This document shows, in pieces, positions 29,910 through 39,334 of a stretch of 64,000 bases of DNA; position 1 is the first letter of the stretch, and each line of letters begins with the position of its first letter. Below the pieces are notes generated by a model. The model had not been told where the DNA came from. It saw nothing but the letters and a program-made list of their open reading frames with translations, and did no database searches. The position numbers were made by a program, and so were the translations under genes. Source of the stretch: a virus. The DNA is taken from IMG/VR virus record IMGVR_UViG_3300032132_000754, positions 121,178 through 185,177 of that record, one strand, 5' to 3'.

Positions 29910-30232
29910 GTGACGAGATGAATCTTGACGATGTCATAGAATTTGTTTGCGAGGATCTCGGATTAAAGTACGGCGGCAAGCATTCTAGGGGTTTCACTAG
30001 AACGATCGAGTCTGAGCATGGTTTAATTTATCTAAACATCTTTAAAACTTCGCTCGATATCACGAGTTTTAGTATGAAAATCCCTGGTTCTAATGTTAAA
30101 ACTAGGAAGATGGATATTTCTCCGAGTTGGCACGTCGATATTCACGACCCAACATCTCTTGAGAATGTTTCAGATGCCATTAAATCAATTGTGAAATTTT
30201 CAAAAGAACAACAACAAGAGCTAATAGTATGA
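29906..30232 (+). CDS. DP-motif paralog family member
   Basis: LDDVIEFVCEDLGL; VDIHDPTSLENV. Confidence 0.65.
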   Translation: MSDEMNLDDVIEFVCEDLGLKYGGKHSRGFTRTIESEHGLIYLNIFKTSLDITSFSMKIPGSNVKTRKMDISPSWHVDIHDPTSLENVSDAIKSIVKFSKEQQQELIV

Positions 30233-31593
30233 ATGAAGTGTTGTCTGAGAGGTATGCGAGCCCAAAATTAAATAGGCTGTTAAGCAAAGAATCGCGATAT
30301 CGCGGTTGGCGAACAGTTTGGATCGTTCTTGCGGAAGCACAACACGAACTAGGTTTCCCGATCAACAAGCTTGACCTAGACGCTGCCAAAAGAACGGCAC
30401 ATATTATTGATTTCGATCGTGTAAAAGAAATCGAATCCCAGACTCGACACGATGTGATGGCTCACCTTCAACATTGGGCTGAGATCACCCCAGAAGCCGC
30501 CAGTTGTATCCATTTGGGTGCCACAAGCTGCTACGTAACTGATAACGCAGAAAATGTTATCAATCGGGAGGCTCTCCACATCATTGTCGGGTCAACCAAA
30601 GAACTCCTTAGGGAGTTAGCACCCGTTGCGCTAAAAACCGCTAGCCATGCGGTTAGAGGATATACTCATTTCCAAGTCGCCTCTCCAACCACCGTCGGGA
30701 AGAGAATCGCGATGTGGATGCAAGACATCACAGACGATGTGATTCAACTTGAGGAATTCCTCCAAAACATGGTTTGTAGAGGAGCGAAGGGTACCACCGG
30801 TACCCAAGCTTCCTACTTAGCACTAGCCGACGGCGATCACTTTAAAGTTGCAAAACTAGATGAATTGATCGCCGAAAAGTTAGAATTCAAGTCAACAATT
30901 GGATTATCTGGCCAAACTATTACGAGAAAACAGGACGCCAAAATCGCTGACCTGTTATCTCAATTAGCAATTTCTCTTAGTAAAATGGGAAATGATGTCA
31001 GATTGCTTTCACACACAGGCGATTTAAGAGAAGGTTTCAGCAAAGGGCAAGTCGGATCATCCGCTATGCCATATAAACGAAATCCTATGATGGCAGAACG
31101 GCTTTGCGCGTTGACTAGACTAGTTCCACAATACAGGAACATGCTGGCTCAAGTCGCAATGACACAATGGCTAGAACGATCATTAGATGATAGCGCCACT
31201 AGACGAGTAGCCATTCCGGATATGTTCCTAGCTATTGACGGCGCATTGAATACTGCGAAGAAATTAGCTAAACTTCTCACACCCGGCCCAGAAGTAGAAC
31301 ATTGGGAAGATTCTGTAATGCTTGGGTTTGAACAGATTTTAGCTCAAGTTATGGCCAATGGCCATAAAGAAGGTCGTAGAGTAGACCGGCAAGAAATTCA
31401 CGAGAAACTAAAATTATATGCCCATCAAGCCGACGACTTCGACGTCTTGCTACAATTATTGAATGATGATCCGACGTTTGAGGATTGTGTATTATGCCCT
31501 CTTCCGAATAAACTAATCGGAGCAGCACATCATCAGACTGTAAAATTTCTTAGGAACAACCAACAACACTGGTCTAAACGGAGCGGATCTTAG
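30229..31593 (+). CDS. purB: Adenylosuccinate lyase
   Basis: TRHDVMAH, IHLGATS, GYTHFQ, GAKGTTGT, signature GSSAMPYKRNP, QWLERSLDDSA. Confidence 0.92.
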   Translation: MNEVLSERYASPKLNRLLSKESRYRGWRTVWIVLAEAQHELGFPINKLDLDAAKRTAHIIDFDRVKEIESQTRHDVMAHLQHWAEITPEAASCIHLGATSCYVTDNAENVINREALHIIVGSTKELLRELAPVALKTASHAVRGYTHFQVASPTTVGKRIAMWMQDITDDVIQLEEFLQNMVCRGAKGTTGTQASYLALADGDHFKVAKLDELIAEKLEFKSTIGLSGQTITRKQDAKIADLLSQLAISLSKMGNDVRLLSHTGDLREGFSKGQVGSSAMPYKRNPMMAERLCALTRLVPQYRNMLAQVAMTQWLERSLDDSATRRVAIPDMFLAIDGALNTAKKLAKLLTPGPEVEHWEDSVMLGFEQILAQVMANGHKEGRRVDRQEIHEKLKLYAHQADDFDVLLQLLNDDPTFEDCVLCPLPNKLIGAAHHQTVKFLRNNQQHWSKRSGS

Positions 31594-31809
31594 ATGACTA
31601 ATGAACCAAAAGGTGGCTGGGATAAATACGCCAGAGAGAATCCATATGCACCACTATCCAAGGATGGTGCGGCGAGTTATCTAAACCATTTAATTGACGG
31701 CGGGAACGATAGAATTCGAGCCATTAATGAATATAAGAAGAATTTGGCTAAATGGGAAGCTAGATCTTGGTTTGGTCGTCTAATATTTCCACGACCGAGA
31801 TGCCCTTAG
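31594..31809 (+). CDS. Hypothetical protein
   Basis: 71 aa directly after purB stop. Confidence 0.5.
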   Translation: MTNEPKGGWDKYARENPYAPLSKDGAASYLNHLIDGGNDRIRAINEYKKNLAKWEARSWFGRLIFPRPRCP

Positions 31810-31827
31810 AACAATCAAAAGTAAAAT

Positions 31828-32529
31828 ATGAAACTTAATTTAATAAATGAAACAGATTTAGAATTAAGGCGTAACGAACGTGCTGCCCGAGCAGGGGGTG
31901 ACATCGAAGCTATGGGAAAAGCTTTACGGACACGCCAAAGAGTTGGCAGACAAACAGAATTTGAAGCAGATAAAGTAACACCACAAGTGGCAGGTTTGGA
32001 CAACTTGAATGACAAATGGTCATGGAAAGACACCTCAATACCATTGCCTAAAAATTGGGTCGTATATTGGATGTCTAATTATGATCTTGATGATGAAGAA
32101 GAACAGGAAGACGGATCACCATTAGCTAAACTCTCTTGGGCAACCTATCATAGAGTTGATTCTAACTGGGGCCATATGTGGTCATCGCCAAGCGTAAGAA
32201 TCAACGTATCGGGTGAAAACCCAGAAAGAACATATTCGATTTGGGTTCAAATTTCCTTGCCTGACGAAATAAATAATATAGGCTCGTTAGAACCATATGA
32301 AGGAATATGGCAAGACTATGACGAAAATCTTAGTAAAGATGATATGACAAGCATTGTGGAAATTGCTTTGTTTTGTCCGAGTCTAAAAAAAGCTGTCGAA
32401 GTAGGAATAAAGCATGCATTTGGCGGCACTTGTAATAAAGGAATTTTAACCGGAATAGATACTCAAATTGGTGATCATAGCGGTTGTTCTATCGATGATC
32501 ATTATGGTCACCAAATTGGTGAATTATAA
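31828..32529 (+). CDS. Putative head-packaged protein (MKLNLINE N-terminus)
   Basis: Shared N-terminal peptide; CAAAAGTAA-AAT-ATG motif. Confidence 0.55.
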   Translation: MKLNLINETDLELRRNERAARAGGDIEAMGKALRTRQRVGRQTEFEADKVTPQVAGLDNLNDKWSWKDTSIPLPKNWVVYWMSNYDLDDEEEQEDGSPLAKLSWATYHRVDSNWGHMWSSPSVRINVSGENPERTYSIWVQISLPDEINNIGSLEPYEGIWQDYDENLSKDDMTSIVEIALFCPSLKKAVEVGIKHAFGGTCNKGILTGIDTQIGDHSGCSIDDHYGHQIGEL

Positions 32530-33065
32530 ACGAAGCGATATCCAACACTTATCCTAACGTCTTCAGCCCCAACACAATGCCATAATGGGTTTTCTTCATC
32601 GAAAGTGAAAATCCTAAAAACCCATTTTTTAGGTGTATCCCAGGAAGTTATAATTTCTTTAGATATTGGATCTTGGTAACGAAAGAATGACTTTCCTTCT
32701 GCCCAAGTTGCGTACAGACGTCCACCGTCTCTATCTGTGTGCCAGCCAAGGTATCCGTCTGATGGATACCAAGTTTTAGCAACACGAACGAACTCATAAT
32801 CTTTTATATTCGTTTCGTTTTCGTAGATCTTCCTGCAATAATGCTCTATTTTGGGGTGTTCATTACAATCTTTGTTAAACTTATATAAATAAGCACTGTT
32901 GTTTTTTGCATTTGTTTTGCGTTTTAAAAGTTGTTTTGACGATAGATCGTTTCTATCTGGCCTGCCAGACATGATTTTGGGAATGGACATAATCCATTCC
33001 CTCATTTCATTAAGTTCAGCTATAATGGGATGATCAGACAGTATGTCTAATTCTTTATAGATCAC
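32508..33065 (-). CDS. 2OG-Fe(II) oxygenase/cupin-like protein
   Basis: YP..GYLGWHTD...LWHCV...RISVG double-stranded beta-helix metal-binding pattern. Confidence 0.65.
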   Translation of the reverse strand: MIYKELDILSDHPIIAELNEMREWIMSIPKIMSGRPDRNDLSSKQLLKRKTNAKNNSAYLYKFNKDCNEHPKIEHYCRKIYENETNIKDYEFVRVAKTWYPSDGYLGWHTDRDGGRLYATWAEGKSFFRYQDPISKEIITSWDTPKKWVFRIFTFDEENPLWHCVGAEDVRISVGYRFVYNSPIW

Positions 33066-34153
33066 GGTCCAGCAATAACAACCGTTGGGACAGAAGAATA
33101 TCCTCCAGCAGTTGTAACAGCGATTGACGTGACAACATCGTCCGTTAACGTAGCTGTAGCTGCCGCGCCACCAATAGATGGTACAAATGTGACATCCGGA
33201 GCGCTTTCATAACCAGCTCCACCGTCAACAACTGTTATGGCTTCAACGCCCCAACCAACAATGAAGGTAGCACCAGTAGCGCTTCCAATAGCTGGTGTAG
33301 TTGCGACTGGATTACTTGGCGTAGCTGTGTATTCACCTTCTGCTGAAACTGTGGCTGCAAACACGCCTTGGTTATTAGTATCTTGTGTAAGCGAGAAACC
33401 GGAACCACCACCAGAGGTTGATGATTGTGTTAAGACAGCAAAGTTGGAATGTCCTGATGTGCTTGGAGTAGTAATTGTAAACTCAATTACATCTCCTGCT
33501 GTTCCTTCTGTAATAATGGTTACTACTGTGCCATCGCTTAGCGTAATGGTGTCTCCGCTAGCATACCCAGTACCAGGAACAAATGTTCCATTGAGTTCTC
33601 CACCGCCATAATCAGCTTCTGTTTGCGACAGAATAGTGCTAAAAGATGAAATGCTTAAAGTTGCTAATGTTAAAGAAGTTCCACCAACAATTGATAGTAA
33701 TCCTGAGGAAGAGGAATAACCGCTGCCACGGGCTGAAATTGTTGCTGCTAACGCTTTTACAGAAGCGGAGGCGGTAGCAGTCCCAGTTTCTAATTTATCA
33801 GAAACGTCTTCGTCTACCGTTGGGAATTTAGTTGCGTCATAGGTGGTGTTACCAGACCCGCCTGATCCGCCTGTGGCTTCGAATCCGCCAATGTGCAGTT
33901 TCCCGGTTTCATCTGACATTGCAGCCGACCAAGTAATGTCTCTAATATGAGCAACACTTACGGCAGCGGCGAGCGATAACCCAAGAGACTCCATAAAAGC
34001 ACGGAAATCTGGCCATGAGTAAAGTTCTGCCTCGACGACATCGACGTCTGCATTCGAGATGCGTTGACTTTGTCCGTCGTTGGCGCTAGTAAAATTAGCG
34101 ACACGGCCATCACTATAGGCAATTAACGCGTTGATTCTATGAATTGAAGCCAT
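33062..34153 (-). CDS. Putative virion structural protein
   Basis: Repeated V..I....G.GY...P.V motifs typical of myophage tail/baseplate proteins. Confidence 0.6.
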   Translation of the reverse strand: MASIHRINALIAYSDGRVANFTSANDGQSQRISNADVDVVEAELYSWPDFRAFMESLGLSLAAAVSVAHIRDITWSAAMSDETGKLHIGGFEATGGSGGSGNTTYDATKFPTVDEDVSDKLETGTATASASVKALAATISARGSGYSSSSGLLSIVGGTSLTLATLSISSFSTILSQTEADYGGGELNGTFVPGTGYASGDTITLSDGTVVTIITEGTAGDVIEFTITTPSTSGHSNFAVLTQSSTSGGGSGFSLTQDTNNQGVFAATVSAEGEYTATPSNPVATTPAIGSATGATFIVGWGVEAITVVDGGAGYESAPDVTFVPSIGGAAATATLTDDVVTSIAVTTAGGYSSVPTVVIAGP

Positions 34154-34179
34154 TGGGGTATCCCCTCTGGTAATATATT

Positions 34180-34629
34180 TTATCTAACTTGATCTCTAAC
34201 CATCATTAAAGCTTTAAGCAAGATTGATCTAACCATCTGGTCTTGAGAGGTTCCAGCGTGCTTGCTAATTTCTATAATCAACTCTTTAAAATAAGGATGG
34301 ATTGTACAAGTGACCTTTTTGCCACCTTCTGTCGGTTTCTTAATCAGAGTAACTGTAGCAAATGGGTTTTCTGGTTTAAACTCATAGGTAACAAAAGGTC
34401 CGTCTTCTCCTACCATATACTTTAAAGTCAAGCAGTAACCAGGCATAGCTCCTTTTTCAAACAACATCAACAAAGCTTTTTTAACGCCTGGTTCTTTTAC
34501 AGGATCGAAATAACCACCATTATCTTGGAGCATCATTTCAACTATCTCACGAATTTCAACAACATCAAACGACTGCCCAACAGACATTAGTTCTTTAATT
34601 GCAAATTGAATCTCGTGAGAGTAAATCAC
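34180..34629 (-). CDS. Hypothetical protein, possible C-terminal ribbon-helix-helix
   Basis: 149 aa; VTCTIH...ISKHAGTSQDQMVRSIL. Confidence 0.5.
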   Translation of the reverse strand: MIYSHEIQFAIKELMSVGQSFDVVEIREIVEMMLQDNGGYFDPVKEPGVKKALLMLFEKGAMPGYCLTLKYMVGEDGPFVTYEFKPENPFATVTLIKKPTEGGKKVTCTIHPYFKELIIEISKHAGTSQDQMVRSILLKALMMVRDQVR

Positions 34630-34874
34630 TCAGATTCATCCTGTTTACGAGCCCTATAATTTCTATTGTTAATGGCGTTACGGCGGCGGTATTCTTGCAG
34701 ATTATTATCTCTAATCTGCTTTTTCTGAGCGGAATCGCACTCTTTACAAGACGCTCGCTTGCCATCTTTGCGACGACTGTCTGCGTTAAAACTGCTAAAA
34801 GGAAGTTCTAGCTCACACTTCGTGCAAGTTTTAACTTCTTCATTTTCCGGCTGGTCTGTTTCTAAATCCGACAT
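34626..34874 (-). CDS. Zinc-finger protein of the type found at HNH N-termini
   Basis: KTCTKC....FSSF...KDG.R.SCKEC. Confidence 0.65.
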   Translation of the reverse strand: MSDLETDQPENEEVKTCTKCELELPFSSFNADSRRKDGKRASCKECDSAQKKQIRDNNLQEYRRRNAINNRNYRARKQDESE

Positions 34875-35154
34875 GATATACCGTGTATTGTGATATGGTA
34901 TCTTTATTTCCAACCGTTATAATATTGAAATTCTGCTCTATTGCAATTATTTTGCCATATCGGAGAGCGCGGTTTACAGCGTCCATCTGAATTTGGATTT
35001 CTTTAGGAGTCATCGGATGTTCTAAACTAGATGACCCAACTATAAACCTTTCTACCCATTTTATTTCCGGTACGTCCCAATCTGTCATAGTGTATATTCT
35101 ACTCCTGCTAACAGGTGGTTTGGTCTGAACATGCCACCCACTAGCACGTGTCAC
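34840..35154 (-). CDS. Hypothetical protein
   Basis: 104 aa, GTGA coupling. Confidence 0.5.
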   Translation of the reverse strand: MTRASGWHVQTKPPVSRSRIYTMTDWDVPEIKWVERFIVGSSSLEHPMTPKEIQIQMDAVNRALRYGKIIAIEQNFNIITVGNKDTISQYTVYHVGFRNRPAGK

Positions 35155-35465
35155 AACCAGGCCGCAATCTTGTCTAAGCTATCCTCCTCATACAAGTTTA
35201 CACTGATATTATCGTGGTCTGCTATCTCCAGCTTGCGACGACCGCCACGGACAGCCGGGACAGTCGGATACGGCCTCCGCATCTTCTGTCGCGCTTTGTA
35301 AATCCGAAGACTACACGTCTTGTTTTCGAAAAATACGGAATAAGAGTTAAGTCCCTTCTTAAAGCGAATGAGACCATTCCATTTTCCTTTTTCATCAGGA
35401 GGATCAACTAAGAACAAGCCTTCTCCCTTTAAAAAATCGATAATTAGCTCTTCAGACGGTATCAC
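35151..35465 (-). CDS. DP-motif paralog family member (divergent)
   Basis: EELIIDFLKGEGL; VNLYEEDSLDKIAAWL. Confidence 0.55.
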   Translation of the reverse strand: MIPSEELIIDFLKGEGLFLVDPPDEKGKWNGLIRFKKGLNSYSVFFENKTCSLRIYKARQKMRRPYPTVPAVRGGRRKLEIADHDNISVNLYEEDSLDKIAAWL

Positions 35466-35926
35466 GATTTAGGGGCCTCATATAACTTCTTGGCAACATC
35501 AATTAATAAAATCCCGTCAAGATGATCGATTTCATGCATAGCACACCTAGCTGCTAAAGCATCATCAATAAATGTGAATTCTTCCCCGTCGATATCAATA
35601 GCTTTAACAGTCACACCTTGAGGACGTTCAACTAAACCGACTAATCCAGGGAACGATAAACAGCCTTCTGGGTAATCAACCATATCACCATTATATTCAA
35701 CGATTTCGGGGTTGATAAAGACCAAATTGTCTTCTGGCTTCTGAGTAACATTCATAACAAAAACGCGAGCGTTCCAGCCTACTTGCGGGGCAGCTAACCC
35801 AATTCCTCCAAAAACTTGGAGCTGCTTTAACATTTTGTTAATTCTGTCTTTGCGTTTCTTAGATAGGTCGCCTAAATAACGACACTTTTTGCGCAAAATC
35901 TTGCTAGGGTGTTTTTCTAATCGCAT
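35462..35926 (-). CDS. def: Peptide deformylase
   Basis: GIGLAAPQVG, EGCLS, HEIDHLDG. Confidence 0.95.
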   Translation of the reverse strand: MRLEKHPSKILRKKCRYLGDLSKKRKDRINKMLKQLQVFGGIGLAAPQVGWNARVFVMNVTQKPEDNLVFINPEIVEYNGDMVDYPEGCLSFPGLVGLVERPQGVTVKAIDIDGEEFTFIDDALAARCAMHEIDHLDGILLIDVAKKLYEAPKS

Positions 35927-35936
35927 GACTTATTTA

Positions 35937-36323
35937 CTAAGCCCAACTATGAGACATCCACTCAGGATTAAGTCCCAAATTCTTAAACGCTGACTTTGGA
36001 TCTCTATAATTTCTAACGTAACGGGCAGCCCTTTTAGCCATTAAATCGCGGGCCAAAGAATCTGGATCGGGATCCCTAGCCATATCCGGAGATTGCAACA
36101 ACGTTTGTTTATATCTCGTAAGGCGTCGTTGTATATCTTGGCGGTCTTTATCATCTAATTTCATCACCACTGATGATCTGACTACTGCATCAAACGCTTT
36201 CTCAACCGCGTTGCGAATCCTTTTAGTTTTAGGATTTTGTCTGCGCGATAATAATCCTCTAATTTTATCAGAAAAGCCTTCATTGAAGTCATGCTGTTCC
36301 GTATATAGTAGTGAAAGCTTCAT
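35937..36323 (-). CDS. Putative head-packaged protein (MKLSLLYTE N-terminus)
   Basis: Basic 128-aa protein; TAAAGATAA-CTT-ATG motif. Confidence 0.55.
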   Translation of the reverse strand: MKLSLLYTEQHDFNEGFSDKIRGLLSRRQNPKTKRIRNAVEKAFDAVVRSSVVMKLDDKDRQDIQRRLTRYKQTLLQSPDMARDPDPDSLARDLMAKRAARYVRNYRDPKSAFKNLGLNPEWMSHSWA

Positions 36324-36335
36324 AAGTTATCTTTA

Positions 36336-37265
36336 ATGAAAAAAGACAGCAAAATATTAGTGTTAGGATCCGGAGGGCTGGTCGGCGGATCCGTCATTCG
36401 AAAATTGAAGACTGCAGGATACTCAAAAATCCTAACGCCTAAAAGGAAAGAACTTGACTTAATCATACAAAAAGATGTCCTTGATTATTTCGCCGCTAAT
36501 CAACCGGAATATGTATTTCTTGCCGCAGCTAAAGTCGGTGGAATCATGGCTAATGCCACGTACCCCGCCGACTTTATTTACCAGAACCTCATGGTACAAA
36601 ATAATGTAATTCACGTATCTGCGGTAACAAATGTCAAGAAATTATTATTCTTAGGAAGCTCCTGCATTTATCCAAGGGAGTGCCCCCAGCCAATTAAAGA
36701 AGAATATTTGCTAAGCGGACATTTAGAACAAACCAACAAAGCATATGCTATGGCTAAAATCGCTGGTCTAACAATGTGCGAAGCTTACAATAAGCAGTAT
36801 GGTTTAAACGCTATCTCTGTTATGCCATGCAATTTATATGGACCAGGTGACAATTTCGATCTTAATAACAGCCATGTATTGCCAGCGTTACTAAGGAAAT
36901 TTCACGAAGCTAAACCAGATGATCCGGTTACTGTATGGGGAACAGGTTCACCATTGCGTGAATTCCTTTATATTGAAGATCTAGCTGACGCTTTGCATTT
37001 CTTGATGTTGAATTACGACGATCCTAGCCCAATTAACGTTGGCTCCGGAATGGATTTAAAGATTAAGGATCTTGCTCTTCTCATACAAGAAGTGACTGGG
37101 CATTCCGGGGAAATATTTTGGGATACAAGCAAACCGAATGGGACCCCACGGAAAGTCTTAGACATTTCGAAAATTAAGTCTCTTGGATGGATGCCAGAGA
37201 TAAGTTTAAGAGAAGGCATTAGAAAAACATATGCCTGGTATCTTGCTAAACGATTATCACAATGA
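36336..37265 (+). CDS. fcl: GDP-L-fucose synthase
   Basis: GSGGLVG, LAAAKVGGI.AN, FLGSSCIYP, YAMAK, NLYGPGDNF...SHVLPALL, WGTGSPLREFLY. Confidence 0.93.
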   Translation: MKKDSKILVLGSGGLVGGSVIRKLKTAGYSKILTPKRKELDLIIQKDVLDYFAANQPEYVFLAAAKVGGIMANATYPADFIYQNLMVQNNVIHVSAVTNVKKLLFLGSSCIYPRECPQPIKEEYLLSGHLEQTNKAYAMAKIAGLTMCEAYNKQYGLNAISVMPCNLYGPGDNFDLNNSHVLPALLRKFHEAKPDDPVTVWGTGSPLREFLYIEDLADALHFLMLNYDDPSPINVGSGMDLKIKDLALLIQEVTGHSGEIFWDTSKPNGTPRKVLDISKIKSLGWMPEISLREGIRKTYAWYLAKRLSQ

Positions 37266-37704
37266 AACATACTTTGTGGTAAATCATAGCTCAGAACTTG
37301 AAAGTGCATGCAAACGCGGGATCTTAGAACTAATCATACCACAACTGCGCACCAAGTTTAAAAAATATATTCAAGTTACATGGCCGACAGAAGTAAGAGA
37401 AGAACATAACGATTACTCTTATGATTTCACTCATGCTCACATAGCAATAAAAAACCCAGAGCCCAAAGCCAAAGCCTTTTTCGCCGACGTGCGATTGCAT
37501 TTCGATGCCATGCCTGGCACCTTGACGGTTGAGCTATCAAACAATGAACACCGCTCGTTACGCGTTGGTACCCGGACAGTAGGGTACCCGCTACAATACC
37601 AGACGCAACACATATCATTGACAGATCCCGATTGCCACTTAAAAGCAATACGGTTGATCTCTGATAATATCATTCAATTTACCAGAAATGTGGAATCGCC
37701 ATGA
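37231..37704 (+). CDS. DP-motif paralog family member
   Basis: C-terminal ISLTDPDCHLKAI. Confidence 0.55.
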   Translation: MPGILLNDYHNETYFVVNHSSELESACKRGILELIIPQLRTKFKKYIQVTWPTEVREEHNDYSYDFTHAHIAIKNPEPKAKAFFADVRLHFDAMPGTLTVELSNNEHRSLRVGTRTVGYPLQYQTQHISLTDPDCHLKAIRLISDNIIQFTRNVESP

Positions 37705-38615
37705 TTAAGAAAATCCTACTATGTATCGTGTTATGGACAATTTCACTTGGAGCATTCTATGTTTTGCCAACTCCCCAAAAACACCCTGAATTAAGCCAAG
37801 AATTTAGCTTTTACAGTTCTGTTTGCGAAATAAGCACAGGAACAAGAATGGGTAGTGGAGTATTATTAGAATCCGGCTACATCCTTACAGTTGCACACAA
37901 TATCGATATAAACTCCAACGGCGAATTAGACGATAATGAGAAATTAATAAATGCTCATTTCCATTCTACCAACTTCGAAGTTCAACTAGAGGTTCTTGCT
38001 ATTTCTGATTATACTGAAGATGGCGAAATGGACATAGCTATTTGCAAACCAGCCGAGCGCGTACCATTGGCGGGAATAAGATTATGCAGAAATAAAGAGT
38101 ACTGGTCAGACGTTAAAATCGGCACAGCGGTTCGTGTCATTGGGATGACCAATGGACAAACACCAGCCAACATTACAGATGGCAGGTTGATTACAAGATA
38201 TAGAACAGAAGATCTGCATAGGAATAGCGCAAACTCATATTTCGGCAATAGCGGAGGCGGTGTTTTTACAGAAGATGGGTTATTAATTGGTATTTCAGCT
38301 AGGGTAGCAGCAGGACAAATTCCGGTTGTCACCCCTGTCATTGATCCGCGTACCGGCGTACCAGTTGGAAGAGTTCGCACTTTTATCGCAGTGCCAATTG
38401 CTGGATCGTCATTGCATGTTTCGGCACCAGCAATAAACAATTTTGTAATTGATCAAGGATATCCCGAAGCTTTGGTACGAAGTGCAAAATGTCCACTCGG
38501 CCCCAAATGGATGTATTATTTGTCGTGGTCAGGCCATTTTGCAGCCTCGATGTTGTTCTTACTATCAATTATGATGTTGTTTAAAAAATCCAAGAAACGA
38601 TCCCGTCGAAGCTAA
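37701..38615 (+). CDS. Membrane-anchored trypsin-like serine protease
   Basis: GSGV...LTVAH, DIA, GNSGGG triad motifs; hydrophobic N- and C-terminal helices. Confidence 0.85.
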   Translation: MIKKILLCIVLWTISLGAFYVLPTPQKHPELSQEFSFYSSVCEISTGTRMGSGVLLESGYILTVAHNIDINSNGELDDNEKLINAHFHSTNFEVQLEVLAISDYTEDGEMDIAICKPAERVPLAGIRLCRNKEYWSDVKIGTAVRVIGMTNGQTPANITDGRLITRYRTEDLHRNSANSYFGNSGGGVFTEDGLLIGISARVAAGQIPVVTPVIDPRTGVPVGRVRTFIAVPIAGSSLHVSAPAINNFVIDQGYPEALVRSAKCPLGPKWMYYLSWSGHFAASMLFLLSIMMLFKKSKKRSRRS

Positions 38616-38637
38616 ATAGTACAGGTGAAAGTTTTAA

Positions 38638-38970
38638 ATGGACACTTCTCTACAACACCCAGAATTTATAGAGAGCGTACTCAGATCGTATCTGGGTAGG
38701 TATCAAAACCAATTCTACTTCAAAAAACTTTTAGACGACAGCATTGTTTTGATTACTGACCCGCCACCAAGGCTTGCTATTACACTGTCTTCTACCCAAA
38801 ATGGCGTGTTCATAGTCCTTGCTGAATGGGTAGTCGTAGACCAGATGTCCGAAATGGCTGGTGTATGTGAATTTGAAGCGTACGAGCTTGAAAGCATCCC
38901 TATTGAAGACCCTAACGGATTCTTCAAGATGGAGGAAAGGGTGGCTAAATCGTTACTTAGCCCAACATAA
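38638..38970 (+). CDS. DP-motif paralog family member (divergent)
   Basis: IESVLRSYLG; IPIEDPNGFFKME. Confidence 0.55.
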   Translation: MDTSLQHPEFIESVLRSYLGRYQNQFYFKKLLDDSIVLITDPPPRLAITLSSTQNGVFIVLAEWVVVDQMSEMAGVCEFEAYELESIPIEDPNGFFKMEERVAKSLLSPT

Positions 38971-38971
38971 A

Positions 38972-39334
38972 ATGCGATTAATTGATAACTACCTACCAGA
39001 AGACGAGATATTAAAACTTTATATCGGTAGACATTTACCGCATTTTCAAAAACAAGTTGTAATGGCATCAAGCCCCACGGCCAGGGGCAGAGTCCAAATA
39101 ACAGTATATTATCACGTTTTTGACAAATTTAAGTACAGTATTAGCTATACCAGAACAAGATCAGCGGTTAGATTGGCTCTAAAAGAACAATTTGATGATC
39201 CAAATGCCGCGTATGCCAAGCCGCATTATTTAACAATGGAACACTGGCTTTACCCGATCCATGATCCAGAAGGGCCTATCAATCTTCAGAAGGAGATTTG
39301 TAAACACTCCGCCATCCTGCGCTCTTCGGTTTAA
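38972..39334 (+). CDS. DP-motif paralog family member (divergent)
   Basis: Start moved to ATG 38972; DEILKLYIG; YPIHDPEGPINLQ. Confidence 0.5.
   Translation: MRLIDNYLPEDEILKLYIGRHLPHFQKQVVMASSPTARGRVQITVYYHVFDKFKYSISYTRTRSAVRLALKEQFDDPNAAYAKPHYLTMEHWLYPIHDPEGPINLQKEICKHSAILRSSV

Noticed and set aside
30229-31593. purB as proof of a Z-genome
   Set aside because: No purZ or dATPase seen here; PurB alone is not diagnostic
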